A stretch of DNA of 63,364 bases, filler included, from Octopus bimaculoides (GCF_001194135.2; 6 parts of 5 records of this genome joined end to end with filler, not necessarily neighbours in it); one strand, 5' to 3'. Positions 1-14,570 are shown, counted from the first letter of the whole stretch. Notes: generated by a model from the letters alone, not told the origin. Numbers and translations: made by a program.

Positions 1-76
1 TATATATATTTATATATATGTGCGTGTGTGTATATATAACTATATATACATATATAGACACATATATATATATATG

Positions 77-127
<51 letters not shown>

Positions 128-345
128 ATATATGTATATAAGTAGTGCATCTTGAATTTTAAAAAGAGTCGAAAGCATGCAATACATTGTAATCTGAAGT
201 ACATGAATAGTGCTGCCTCAACAATTGGTGATGCCTCTATATACAAGGATATATACATACACCTACACGCACACATATACACATTGGTGTCTATATATTT
301 ATCTATATACGTATATGTGTGTATGCATACATATATGATTGTAGT

Positions 346-349
<4 letters not shown>

Positions 350-441
<92 letters not shown>
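350..441. repeat. (AT)n microsatellite within an AT/GT compound region (1-550)
   Basis: Direct reading. Confidence 0.95.
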
Positions 442-444
<3 letters not shown>

Positions 445-516
445 GTGTGTTTGTGTGTGTGTGTGTGTGTATATATATATGCATATATACGTCTATATAT
501 ATATGTATAGACATAC

Positions 517-553
<37 letters not shown>

Positions 554-865
554 AAAATAATTTTAAAATTTTGTTTGCATGTATGCATAATTGCGCAGAT
601 TAACATTGTCAAATACACAGGACGAGAATCAGTTCGTTAGTTGGTGATTGAGACAGATTAGATAGTGTGGGGTGGGTGAAGATATGATATATGATAGTTG
701 AGTCAATCATTTTTGTGTTCATTTTCATATCCATTTTAGTCTTTATTTATTTGTTATCATTTAGTTAACATAATCAATCTTGAAAATGTATTTCCTAAGC
801 TGGCTATTTTGATGGTGGCAAGGAAAATGATGATAAAATATAGTTATTATTGTTACTGTTGTCAA

Positions 866-1080
866 GGCGGTGAGTAGGCAGAATTGTTAGCAAGCTGGGC
901 GAAATGCTTAACGGTATTCCGTCTGTCTTCGTGTTCTGAGTTCAAAAACAGCCTGGCTCAAATTTGCTTTTAATTGTTTCGGGGTCGATAAATTAATTAC
1001 CAGTTACGCACTGGGGTCGACGTAATTGACTGGTCCCCTCTTCCAGCCTTCAGACCTTTTGCCTTTGTTTTCTATAGAAA
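866..1080 (+). mobile_element. tRNA-derived SINE family A copy
   Basis: ggcggtgag..gttagca head, gttctgagttcaaa B-box-like motif, ggggtcgataaattaattaccag core shared by many copies in the window. Confidence 0.75.
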
Positions 1081-1298
1081 TGATTAATGTTGTTGTTCTT
1101 GACGTGGGTTTCAATAAAGCTAATAATTGCTTCAAATATTGGCAAATTTTATGGGAGAGTGTTTCTCGATTTCATCCACCTCAGTACATAACTATTCCTT
1201 TATTATAGCAATCCCAAAAATAAAAACGGCAAAGAAGCGATAGATATGGCTCTAAGAATTTTGTCCGACGCGAGGAAAAACTTGCAACTCCACCAGTC

Positions 1299-1330
<32 letters not shown>

Positions 1331-1531
1331 TTTTCAAATTTTGGCACATGGATAAATTCCGGGGGAAGGCTTGAATTTATAACATCGACCTGCGTACCCA
1401 ACTGGTGCTTACTTTCATCAACTCCGAAAGGATGAAAGGTAAAATAGACCTTGACAGTATTCAAAACGTAAAATCGGACGAAATGCAGCTAATCATTTTG
1501 CCCGGCGTGCTCACGATTCTGCCAGCGCGCC
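1331..1531 (-). mobile_element. SINE family A copy with (TTA)n tail
   Basis: Same core; 3' gtgccaaaatttgaaa then microsatellite. Confidence 0.75.
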
Positions 1532-1583
1532 GTGGCTTTGATGGCGTGCTTTACTCTCTCATCCAATAATGATGAGGATGGTA

Positions 1584-1631
<48 letters not shown>

Positions 1632-1640
1632 GTGATGATG

Positions 1641-1833
1641 ATTTCAAATTTTGGGGAAGGGGATAAGTTGATTACATCGACCCCAGAGTTTAACTAGTAC
1701 TTATTTTCATCAACACCGAAAGGATGAAATGCAAAGTCAACCTCGGTGTAATTAGAGCTCAGAACGTAAAGACGGACGAAATGCCGTTACGCATTTTGCC
1801 CGTCATGCTAACGATATTGCCAACATGTCACCC
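1641..1833 (-). mobile_element. SINE family A copy with (TCA)n tail
   Basis: Same core; tail 1584-1640. Confidence 0.75.
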
Positions 1834-1834
<1 letters not shown>

Positions 1835-1893
<59 letters not shown>

Positions 1894-1952
1894 GTAATAG
1901 TAATAATAATAATAATAAAAATAAATTTTAAAAAAATAATAATAATAATAAT
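1835..1952. repeat. (AAT)n microsatellite
   Basis: Direct reading. Confidence 0.9.
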
Positions 1953-2634
<682 letters not shown>

Positions 2635-3149
2635 GTAAAGAGAACACCAGAGACATTTAACATGTGAGAGCGATAAAACACTGCTCCGAAATCTATATAC
2701 AAACATCGGGAATATGTACAACAAATGGAGCCTAAAATAACGCACAAAGCGTTGGACTGCATCCGAGTGAGTAATAAAAAATTAAGATTTATTTCTATTT
2801 TCCGAATGAAACGCTGTATTTTAACTGTGTACTATCTCCCTCAATCGCAAAACACACTAAAACACATTCGCCACACTGACAGAGTGCTGGACTACACTCG
2901 AGTAGTAATACTCATTAAAAGTGTTGGATTATATGTGAGTACGTTCATATTGGACTATATCCTATTAAGTACACATCACAAAGAGGTAAGTACGCAAAAT
3001 AATTAATTACGTATACACCCCAGTTTTACATGAACACATTTTACTATTTCAAAATAACTTTAACAAATGTATTAAAAAGCGCACACACACAAATGAATCG
3101 AATAAATACAAACGACAAAGACTAGTTATTATTGATCACAATAGCATTA

Positions 3150-3185
<36 letters not shown>

Positions 3186-3274
3186 TATNNNNNNNNNNNN
3201 NNNNNNNNNNNNNNNNNNNNNNNNNNNNNNNNNNNNNNNNNNNNNNNNNNNNNNNNNNNNNNNNNNNNNNNNNN

Positions 3275-3512
3275 ATAATACAAAGAATATATATACATGT
3301 ATACACACATATATGTACATACTTACATCTACATGTGTATATACATGCATATCAGGGTACAGGACGTTTGTTCTTCTGTCTGTAGTTTATTGTTTTTCTG
3401 TCTGTAGTTTATTGTTCTAACGTCCTGTACCCTGATATGCATGTATATACACATGTAGATGTAAGTATGTACATATATGTGTGTATACATGTATATATAT
3501 TCTTTGTATTAT
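3275..3512. repeat. Perfect 94-bp inverted repeat with 50-bp spacer
   Basis: 3275-3368 is the exact reverse complement of 3419-3512; the spacer contains a 22-bp direct duplication. Confidence 0.9.
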
Positions 3513-3755
3513 TACATTATTGAACGCACACGTCCTATTTTACGGAAGAAAAGAAGGGTGGATATAAGTTTTTGTTTGTTTCTTTGTCTCGTTTATCTGT
3601 TTATAATTATAGAAGCGGTACTCTATCAAATTGTCTACACTAATAGATAAGACCCGGAGCATAGTACTAAAACAAAAGTGTTAATGACAACTGAAACTCA
3701 TGTCGGAAAATATTAACAATGACGAATGGTAAAAAAATGAAAATAATGATATCTC

Positions 3756-3756
<1 letters not shown>

Positions 3757-3798
<42 letters not shown>

Positions 3799-3838
3799 AA
3801 TGATGATGATGATAATGATGATGATGATGATGATGATG

Positions 3839-3880
<42 letters not shown>
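3757..3880. repeat. Compound (GAT)n(AAT)n microsatellite
   Basis: Direct reading. Confidence 0.95.
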
Positions 3881-3881
<1 letters not shown>

Positions 3882-4081
3882 TTTCAAATTTTGCTTCAAG
3901 GACAGCAATTTAGGGGGAGGAAATGAGTCGACCCCAGTGTTCAACTAGTACTTATGTTATCGACCTCGAAAGGATAAAAGGAAAAGTCGATCTCGGCGGA
4001 AATAGAACTCAGAATGTAGTGACAGACGACATGCCGCTAAGCATTTCACCAGGCGTTCAACGATTCGGCCAGCACACCGCC
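3881..4081 (-). mobile_element. SINE family A copy with compound (TTA)n(TCA)n tail
   Basis: Same core with CpGs retained. Confidence 0.78.
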
Positions 4082-4104
4082 GGCCTTCCATAATTATGAT
4101 TATA

Positions 4105-4148
<44 letters not shown>

Positions 4149-4199
4149 AAAATGTACCAGTTGAAAAACGGTGTCGATGTAATCGACTCATTACCTCCC

Positions 4200-5990
4200 A
4201 CTGAGTATGGCATGCGTTGACAATCGAAAAGCTTACGATATAATACTACATTCCTGACTAATAAGAACAATGGAAATAATTGGAGTACCTGAAAACATGA
4301 GAAACCTTATATGGAACAGTGTGAAATGATGGAGAATGGAATTGACAACACGGAATCAAGTATTAGGAGCGGTGAGAATCAGGAGAGGAATTCTTCCTGG
4401 AGGACAGCGTGTCCCCACTGATTTTGTGTTGGGAATGATCACCTTGAGTGAAATACTGCAGAAAACAAATTTGAGGTATGACTTGGGAAGAGGTAAGAGA
4501 AAACTCAAACACTTGCTGTTCTTGAACGACTTGAAGCTGTTCACAAAATGTGAGGCAGAAATGGACAGCCTATTCCAGTCGTGCGGATTTTCTTCAATGA
4601 TTTTAAAATGGAGCTTGGGCTCTCAAAATGCGCTACGATTGTCATAAGACGAGGAAAGCTTGTCAGAACAAAAGGTATTGGTTTGCCAAGTGGTGAGATG
4701 ATGAAAGCAATTCAACCTCAAACCAGTTATAAATACCTGGGAATACACGAGGCAGATAGAATTAAACACAACGACATGCAGGGAAAAACAAAAAGAGAGT
4801 ACATGTGGCGAGTGAGGAAAATACTGGCTTCAAAGCTTAATACCAGAAACATAGTTTCGGCAATAAATATGCGCGCAGTCGCGGTAGTTCGGTATAGCGC
4901 TGGAATCCTGAAGTGGACAGAGGTGGAGCTAAAGAAGGCGGACAAGATGTCAAGAAAGCTCCTAACGATGCATGGACCTCATCATCCACGTGCACACAAT
5001 GATCGCCTATACATGAAAAAAGCAACTTAAGGAAGAGGGCTGATAAATATGGAAGACTCTGTACCTATCGAACTCCAGATCTTAATGATATACCTAACCC
5101 AAAGTAAGGAAACCTTTGTAGTGACAGAAGCGAGGGAGTATTGAAAGCAGAGAAAAAAGGAAGTCAAAGGAAGAAGTACAAAAGGAACATGCAGAAAAGT
5201 TACGCAACAAGGGACTACACGATCAATTCCGTATAGCCACAACAGAATTTGCTGAAAACATAAGTGGGATTGACTGAAATAAGAGACGGAGATCACTATA
5301 CTGAGAGAACAAGACCAAGCTTTGGCCACAAACTAGGTGAACCTGAGGATTAGAATGTGTCTCCGCTGTGCCGCATCTGCAATAGAGTGGGTGAAACCAT
5401 TGCCCATATCACAAACGAAGGCTCTCTAGACTTATCCAAAACCACTACGAGCTGTAGCGAGCGACATGATCAGGAAGCGAAACTGCTACATTGGAAACTG
5501 CGCGAAAATTAGGGGCTAGCAAGAGGCAAGACGTGGTATGAGCACAAACTGCAGAGAGAGGCGGTGCTAGAGCATAACCGACCGTAGCTACTGGTTGTAG
5601 ACCAGATGCATCAAATGTGCTGTAGAGTTGATGTTGCATACTCCTTTGACCCACGAATAGGTAAGAAGGAAGTCGAAAAAATAGATAAATACCACCCTCT
5701 TAAGTACGAAATAACCCGGCTATGGAAAATGAAGGTGAAGATAATGACAATTATAGTTGGGTCCTTGAGAACAGTATGACAAGGCATCAAGAGGAATATC
5801 AAGCAAATTGGAATAGAGTACCTAGTAGAACTGTTACAAAAAGTTTGCCAACTTGACATGGTCAGAATAATCAAGGAAGCATTAGATAGCTGAAAAGACC
5901 GGATAGAATTGTTCTGTAGGCTCCAGGTAGCAAGCCCGCCAAGCATGCAAGACTCCAAGAGTTCCAAAAAAACCTGTGATAAAAAGAAAT
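4200..5990 (+). mobile_element. R4/Dong-clade non-LTR retrotransposon, 5'-truncated, with frameshifts and stops
   Basis: RT: RRGI..G.., HLLFLNDLKL (YxDD degraded), FGLSKC-like ELGLSKC, YKYLGI, RLYM..GRGL. Then a CCHC knuckle (CRICNRVGETIAHI), RLE HNRP*LLVVD..VDVAYSFD..KEVEKIDKY, and a 3' UTR ending in an A/AAC-rich tail. Confidence 0.9.
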
Positions 5991-7173
5991 AGCAACAACA
6001 ACAATAATAACAAAATTAATAATAAGAAGAAGAACAATAATGGTTATGTGTTTTTGATCATGGCCATCAGTTTTGTTCTTTGTGGGTTAGTCGAGAAAGT
6101 ATTGAATCCAGTACTTGACTAGCACCTTATTTTATCGACCTCGGATGATTGTTAACCTCAGGCGTATGTGAACTTAGAACGCGGAGAACTTGAACTAATG
6201 CCACAAGACATTTTGTCCATCGCTCTGTCCATCCATCGCAGCACTCATTAATTTCTAATTTAAATTTAAATTTCAGGTATTAGGTTTTAACTTATGACAT
6301 CGACTTTTGTAATTGAATGGCTCCTCATTTCATGAACCCCGGAAGGATAAATGGCAAACTATCATCGATGTTGTCATCGAAGACTATCGCCTCTATCTTG
6401 TTGCTACAGAGAGGTTGAACACACTACAGCTCAAAAGAAGCAAGCATCCACTTGGAATTGAATATTCCATGCACTAATTTGCATGTCAAAAGTGAAAGTT
6501 ACTTCGATTGCCACAACATGCCTTCTCTATCTTTATCACTAATGATCCTCTGCATATTTGAAATATCCCGGTAAGATCAGCCTTCATCTTAAGCATCGAA
6601 TAATTATTCAACGCACGCTCACCGTACCCCTGGATTTATATTTCCTTCCAGCTACAAAATCGTCCCACTGACTAATGCCTTTACAGCCCTAATTTTTATT
6701 CGCTAACTTAATTTTATCGTTGATGTTCACCTATGCCAAACTGTTGTCTATAACTGCCCACATCTGTTCTTGATTAGACAGGTTGTTAATCCACTGTCTA
6801 TGTGTTTTCTACGTTGTAAATGACGCGTTCAGCACTTCCAGGGACTGTCTCATGCCTTTGTTGTAGTTTGTATAAAAATATAAATTCTAAACTACAAAAT
6901 GCTTAAGGAGGGCAGGAACTGTATAAACATGCAATAGTTGAAAATGTGTTGTTAGAAAAACATTGTGAATAATGAAGTAGAGAAAAATATCTTGAGAGAT
7001 TCATTTAAACTGGGTGACATATGAAATGTCACACGAGTACAGGAATATTTTCTTGATGTAGGTTTCCATATTATTTCTGCCTTCGAAATTTCACAAAGTG
7101 GTGATCAAACGAGGGTTATCACGGAAGGAGTTCATCAGATAGTAAGATCGATTCTCGAAACCATAGCGTTGCC

Positions 7174-7249
<76 letters not shown>

Positions 7250-10200
7250 AGTGTGTGCGTGCGTATGTTTGCACGCATGTATATGTATATGTACATGGTG
7301 CTGTCTGAGGGTATTGAGTTGTTTTGTCTCTTATTTCTAGCAATGCTAGTATTACTTAGTACTCTCTGTTACTTTAGTGGCGTGTATAATTTTGCCTTTA
7401 GGTTATTAAAGTGCTAATAAACCACCCATATTATTTGCGCGCGCGCGAGTGTGTGTATGTATGTGTATACAAATCTCAAAGATAAATTCTTGTTATATTC
7501 AGATTATCTTCCATTCAAATAGGGGTCATGACAGCGGCTGGCCGACCTTATCTCCTGCAGAGGAGTTAGTTGATGTATAGAAAAACAGCACAAAGAGAGA
7601 GAGAGAGGGAGAGAGAGAGAAAGAAAGAGAGAAACATATACACGAAGCCAATTAGAACGCCTCTACGCCTTCGCATGAACTGCATGAAAGAACAGATAAA
7701 TAACACACCATAATATTTGGAAGGAGAAGGAATATCATATTGGATAATATGTCATTGATATATGATGTATGAGTAAAAGATGGCATGATCATTGCTTGAT
7801 CGTATGACTGTTCGATGAAAACACACCTTGTGCCGATCTACAATAGTCACAACTCATCTCATACTGTTTTTGTTACTATACATATATTAATACATCTCTC
7901 CATAACTAATAGTACAGTCTTCATAATAGGAAACACAAAGCAAACTAGGAATCTGCATATGGCCACTCAACCGCCTCAGTATAACAGAAAATATTCATGA
8001 CAAGATAATTTTAAACATGGTAAGAATAAGTTAGATAATAATACATGTGCAAATGTGATGATTATGACTGGAAATTCTTTTTTCATTGGTGTGTGCCATT
8101 CAAGATTTACCCGTCATTAGACAACAGCTACATTAAAAACCAATGCTACCTCGAAATATCAGCCATTCTTAACTGTATGAAAAGTAAGATGACTATAATT
8201 TTTTCCGATTAAAGTGTTTCGAAGTGGAAACTTGAAGTGCTAGAAATAGCTACAATATCTTCTTAAAGATGGATTAAAATACAGTAGTGTCACGATTCGA
8301 ATGCTAGTCAAATGATAAAAGGTCGATACGCAGGATTATGTCAAGTTCACAAAAATGATTGTTTACCATAAAACAAACTTCGGGTATCTTAAATAAAAAA
8401 AAAGTAATATTTTCTCTTAGAATACTAAGTTAATTGCAAGTCCCGGTGAGTAAGGAGAGCACGTGGCCGTGTATTATTTAGCAATGTATGTCAGAGTGTG
8501 CAGTATCGACATATTGGTAAAACGGAACAAGTTATTTTTTTATTGCAGCTAGTTGTTTACCTAACTACGTGCCATATTACAGCTTTGTTAAAGGTACTCT
8601 ATAGCAGACACCACAACATTCACACAACCACCACAACATTCAGACAATCAAAAACATTACAATTTTAGCTAAAGTACCACGAAGAATGTCCAACAATCAA
8701 TATTATTACTCTCCCGATTATAAAAGCATCAATATCCATCCCAAAATCTTGCCAGTTATCATCACCATATCTACCGTCTGTGATATCCCCAACCATAATC
8801 CGTATAACTACAATCACCTCCAGCAGTGTTAATATCATCACTCCTATTCATACAATGACTAACACCATTCTAACCAACTTTACGACTAAAACCCTCGTAA
8901 CAGATATAAGTTGTTATCACGATGTACAAGCTCTCTTAATTACGCAAATCGACATCGGCTATAGTAGCTCTACTATTATACTACTTCTATCACTACATCA
9001 CTTATTACAACATCTCTAACACCGCATCTATTATACAACCTTTTCTACTATATGAAGTATACCACGTCTACCCCAACCAGGATTATATCACTTCCGCCAT
9101 TATATCAATTATATCATCAATTATACCATCGTTACCATGTCAACATTTATACCACTTTTACCTCTACAGAGGCAAAGCAGATAACGTATGAATATCGCTA
9201 TTAGTAATAGCTCCAACAATATCACCATTGCATCTATCAACACCACCATCGTTAATATTATGTTAAAACAATTTCATTCCATTAATACTGACATCCACGT
9301 TACCGTCACCAATGCCACTAAGCCAATCATTTTCCTTGTCCTCCCTTCCATTAGACATGCTATTAACAATCACTCCTATTACTATTACAGCCACCATAAT
9401 AACTGTGGTCTTTACAAACAGTAGCAACAGCACCAGACCAACGTTACATCGCCCCAGTCATCACTACAATGCATATTACCATCTTTGAAACTACAATTCA
9501 TCATCACACATCATCCCTCTTTCCCTTATTACATCTATTTTCTTCAACATCATTTCCTTTACCAAATACCACTAAAAGTACGAAGTACGAACCCTTTTGT
9601 ACAACTATCACTCATATGCAATTGGTACCATTTCTTACCAGACCATACATTACTATATCATGCATCTCACTATTTTCCAATAAAAAATATTTTATTTATA
9701 ACTACATTGTTTGAGACAAAAGAAACTGACAGCATGTATTCTTATTTCATCATAAATTTCTTGTTTTGTGGAAAGAACTGACGCCAAACACAAATCGTTT
9801 TTGTAATCTATGCGTGAGTCTTGTAAGTATTCGATGTACAATACATGTTTGTTTATACGCATGTTTGCTTATCCAAAAATCTGTCTTTCATTGTGTATGT
9901 ATTTAATACGGTTTACATGAAGTAAAATAAAAGATGTGAGCGGTTTTATGTATGCAAGTATGTATGTATTTATGTGTAAATCGGTGCGTGTGTATGTGTG
10001 TGTTGGACTAGAAATGTTTCCGCCTGTTTTGATTGATGAGCTAAACGGTTTCTTGTTTCAATATTGTTGCATCATTATTTTAGTCAGTTACTCATTAGAT
10101 TATTTAACTTTGTGGCGCTTTTGTTTTTATTTATATGAAAACTTACCGCAACATTTGCAGCAAATATAATATAATTATTATCTGAAACAAATACTTGCTC

Positions 10201-13200
10201 GACCCTCAGTCAAGAGGGCAATTGTTCATATTTCATTACCACTAATATCTTTAGAGTTTAGGCATAGGCGAGAAAGGGCAATATTTTCTTCTGTTTCAGG
10301 ACCGCTGATACTGGTGGGAGGGAAAAAAAAAGATCTGGCACGAATGCTTACAAAAAAGCAAATTCTGCGTAAGAAACACGAACATTTAGATGATGGTAGC
10401 AGTAAGAAACACAAAATTTCAGATGGTGGTGGTAGTGGTAGTTTGTTAGCGTTGTTCATCTTGATGTAGTTGTTGGTGGTGTTGTTTTTGGTGATGCTGC
10501 TATTGATGGTATTGTTTGTGGTAGGGATCTTAATGTAGCTGACGAGAAAAGAATCAAGACTTCCACGTAGCATCCATATAGTTTCTGTCTACAAACTTTC
10601 TCTCCCGAATTATGTGGGAATATGAGATACTGTTGAAAGACATGCCTAAAACCGATCTGTCGAAAGATAGCCAAGTATTTTAATGTGTTAAAGTGATCAT
10701 AGACTTTTTAAAGGACGTCCGAAATTGATGGGAAGATGCGGACAATATGCATGCTGCATATCCGGGAGCTTGCAACCGAGAATTCTCCTCTAAAAGTTTG
10801 TAGAGACTCAATTATCATGCTGAACTTCTGGTGGGAACCTGCTGAGTTTCCGTCTGTGTAATTTCACCAAGGACATTTGAGTTAAACTAAGAATGTAGCA
10901 GAAGACACTTGCCTCAGGCTCCAAATTCTGATTTACTTTTGTTGTTATTACAGTCAAGTTTCCTAATGTTTTCTGGTTTAATGTTATCAGGGTACCATAA
11001 TAAAGTTGCGTAAATTAGAATACAGATTTATTTATTTAGCTTACAATGCTATAGCTAATTTTTCTTAAGGAGTAGCAGAAGATAAAGAGAGAGAGTTCTT
11101 CTGTTTATATATTTATCTGTATCACATTAATACAAGATTTAAAACGTTCATTATACTGAAATTCTCACTCAGGTGACATTAAGATTTACAAATGTCTGTT
11201 TGTGTGTATTTGTGGATCATGCGAATATACATGTTTATGTGGATATTTGTATTTATTGTTGGAGTTTCATCCATTTGGGTGCAGCCATGTTGAATTGTTA
11301 TCTTCAATAGATTTTAGTTTAGTTGACCGTATCAGTCTTAGTAATTACTTAAGTTTATATTACTAACTTCCCGCTTATAGAGATATCTTCACTACTATCT
11401 CTACTAACACCACCACCAGGACCATTACTTATGAGCAACTATACAGAATACAAATCATCAAGCAGTGTATTGATGCTTTTATCGGCAACACACCACCAAG
11501 CTATAAAACAATCATTCTTCTCTTTCCATCTTCTTTCTCTCTATTTCTCTGTATTTCCGTCTCTCTATTTCTTTCTCTCTCTTTCCCCGTTCCTTCTCTC
11601 TAACTCTTTCTGTGGATTATACCCTTGATATACTTAGCCTTCACATGCTGATTTTCCTGAATGTTACCTTAAGTTTATACATGTCTGCAGAATACTCCGC
11701 CGCTTACATGCAAAGGTCATAAGTGGAAATTCTGTTAGTCGAACAATCTAGTACCCATTGTCGAGACTGATTGAAAACATACCAGAATTGTTGTTTATGA
11801 AGGGAAATGGGCGAGGAACATGACATGAAATTTATCCTTGAAAAATACTTCGAAATGAAAGTAATGAAGGATGAAACAATTTCAAGACATCAATGGTCAT
11901 TGCGGTAAATAAGTTTGTCTCATCTGTCACATAACGTGTTTGAAAGGGGAACCAGATCTCCCTAAAATTCCTCTCTGCTGTATTTAAGGCATGTCAGGAC
12001 AGTTGGTAAATTTAGTCCTATAGATTCTATGACAGAGAAAGGTGGCATAAATTTTACAGCTTCGACTTTGATCGCAGATATGCTCAATCAGAATTAGTCA
12101 GGAGTTAAATAACAAAAATAGCAACAATAAACGCAGAAACCTTAATTGGGGAGAGAAGGATTTTTAAGACTTAAAATCTGTATTAGTTTCGATCTTGTAG
12201 CTTCCTTTATTTAAAGACACGTTTCTATTAATCATCTGCATAGTAAACCGATAGATCGATCAGTTTTATGACGTGCAAGACAAAGGAAACTTTCCAGAAG
12301 CAGTCTTGAACACGAATTTATTTTAGTTCCTAAAATAAGAGAAACAAATATATCTGCTACTTTATTTTCAAGCTTGTAATATATTGCCGAACAAACAATT
12401 AAGGTTATCTGCATATATAACCCAAAATAATACGCAAATATTTTCTAGATATTAACCAAAAGCATTTCAGTGAAGATTCTATGACATTTAAAATAGACAT
12501 ATTGCACAGGACAGCTAAGAAAAGAGCTGAGGTTAAATTAAGTTTAAACGCGACAATCAATCATTCAGTTAAGTGGAAAAGATCGATACATAATGGACGT
12601 TCATACGAACCAATTTTGGAAAGTTGGGAATTATTTTGGGAGAAATAAGCCATTTACGAATTATGCTAGATATATTTATACAGATGTGACATAGACATGT
12701 GTGTGCACGTATTTATGAATGTGCGTATGTACAAGTGTCCGTGATCGTGCATACGTGCATGTGTGTCTTACTAATGTCTTTATGAGATCATACACAGTAA
12801 AGCATCAAAAAAAGGTACTGAAGAACTCAATAGCTGGGTGAAATGTAAATATGTACTGAATATGTTTATTGTGACAGATTACAGTATTATATTATTCAGA
12901 TCTTCGCCTCTTTACTCTTGGATGTTGTACTTCAGGCTGTGTTGGCTGATATAAAAGCAATCTCCGTCAGAGTAAGTAAAATACAAGGATTTTTAAAAAT
13001 CTTCATTATTCATGCGGCATGGTGAGATATTGGCTTCCTGGTGTCGGCTGTTAGAAACTATGAACGAAATGATCTTTCAAATATCTCAGTTGCCGATATG
13101 AATAATTCTTTGTACATACAGATGAAAGGCACACTACAACAATATTAGGACACTTAACTTTTCAACCATTACAAAATTAGGCATAAAATTTAGCCCTGTC

Positions 13201-13850
13201 TATTTCTGCACTTCTCCAACAGCTACATTATATGTCTAAATTAGCATGATACTGAACGATATTTCATCCTCGCCGCATCAAATTACACTTTAAGCTCAAT
13301 GTTCAAGTGTCGTCATAATAAGTTCATTCTCTCAAGGGCCAGAGTAAATAAAGTGAAACATCTCAAAAAGAGAGCCGGTGAATCCTGTACGCAAAAGTAA
13401 CCAAGGTCAACGTAGTAGTGTATAGTTAAACATAGGTATAAGAAAAATTGGATATTGAATCAAAATTTAATTCAATTTAATATATCACAATATGGTTCGT
13501 TATAACTATTGAAACGAATGAATTCGGTTGACCACATGAAGTTAAATAGTGAAACATGGAAAACTTATTCGAGCAATCATGGTTCGATGTAGCTTTTAAT
13601 TATAGTAGGATGAAAGGACATTTTCAAGACAATTTTTGCTAAGTATCTTCTCTCTCTAGTCTATATTCATAAATTGCTCAACCATGGGAGACACAACTTC
13701 GTAGTATAAACGATTTTAACCCTGTATATATATTTACATATATAGAGAGACAGAATGAGAGATAGGTAGCTAGACAGACAAACAAATAGATAGAACACAT
13801 AGCATCATTACGTCACAATTACTTTACTTCAACCGGTCCAGCTCTCTTTA

Positions 13851-14296
13851 TTGTTGTTGGCACTCCGTCGCTTACGAAGTCGAGGGTTCCAGTTGATCCG
13901 ATCAATGGAACAGCCTGCTCGTGAAATTAACGTGCAAGCGGCTGAGCACTCCATANNNNNNNNNNAATGGAACAGCCTGCTCGTGAAATTAACGTGCAAG
14001 CGGCTGAGCACTCCATAGACACGTGTACCCTTAACGTAGTTCTCGGGGATATTCAGCTTGACACAGTGTGACTTGACTGACCCTTTGAATTACAGGCACA
14101 ACAGAGACAGGAAGTAAGAGTGAGAGAAAGTTGTGGTGAAAGAGTACAACTGGGTTCCCCACCATCCCCTGCCGGAGCCGCGTGAAGCTTTGGTTGGTTT
14201 CGCTCAATAAACACTCACAACACCTAGCCTGGGAATCGAAACCGCGATCCTATGACCGCGAGTCCGCTACTCTAACCACTGGGCCATTGCGCCTCC
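13851..14296 (-). mobile_element. tRNA-derived SINE family B, near full length
   Basis: Head ggaggcgcaatggcccagtggttagag (A box)..ggtttcgattccc (B box); body also at 25997-26155 and 47110-47300; (CAA)n tail. Confidence 0.8.
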
Positions 14297-14300
14297 TCTA

Positions 14301-14545
14301 GCTCTCTTTAATAGCATAACAAAATACATCAAAACGAAAACGGATCCCATAAAATTCAAAACTTCACTGGACAAATTTCTCAAAAAAATTCTGGACCAAC
14401 CTTCTACATCCGGATATGTCTCCAACAATAAGAACTCTTTGCTTGAGTGGGTCATGGTGCCCCGTATATGACTAAAAGACTTCACCAGGTGGTGCTATTA
14501 AGTTAAACATGGCCTGGACCTATACTGGCCGAAACCTATCAACGT
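14301..14545 (+). mobile_element. CR1/Jockey-group LINE ORF2 C-terminus and 3' UTR
   Basis: Open + frame LFNSITKYIKTKTDPIKFKTSLDKFLKKILDQPSTSGYVSNNKNSLLEW..*, resembling the F..LDKFL..IPDQP..GY....NSL terminus of such LINEs. Confidence 0.6.
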
Positions 14546-14570
14546 TATATATATATATATATATATATAT

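Noticed and set aside
40-640. ORFs of YIYI/HTHT/VCVC type here and throughout the track, including poly-I/Y/N/M/S and X-rich ORFs
   Set aside because: They are translations of (AT)n, (CA)n, (AAT)n and (GAT)n microsatellites or N gaps, with no coding signal.
6380-6860. Possible very old RTE 3' remnant on the minus strand
   Set aside because: Only vague GR..RG-type similarity with many stops; cannot be supported by eye.
12936-12971. 36-nt AG..GTAAGT-bounded micro-exon (AVLADIKAISVR)
   Set aside because: Splice signals only; no neighbouring exons or homology, so within chance expectation.
13904-14017. 52-bp direct repeat
   Set aside because: Identical copies flank a 10-N gap inside a SINE; typical unmerged-overlap assembly artefact.
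14200-14296. tRNA-like A/B boxes (also at 866, 56297 and 60829)
   Set aside because: They continue into SINE bodies and lack a complete cloverleaf and acceptor stem; not tRNA genes.
14500-14540. GGCC..GGCC-GAAAC hairpin resembling half a hammerhead
   Set aside because: No CUGANGA core or matching stem I; better explained as the 3' UTR stem-loop of the adjacent LINE fragment.
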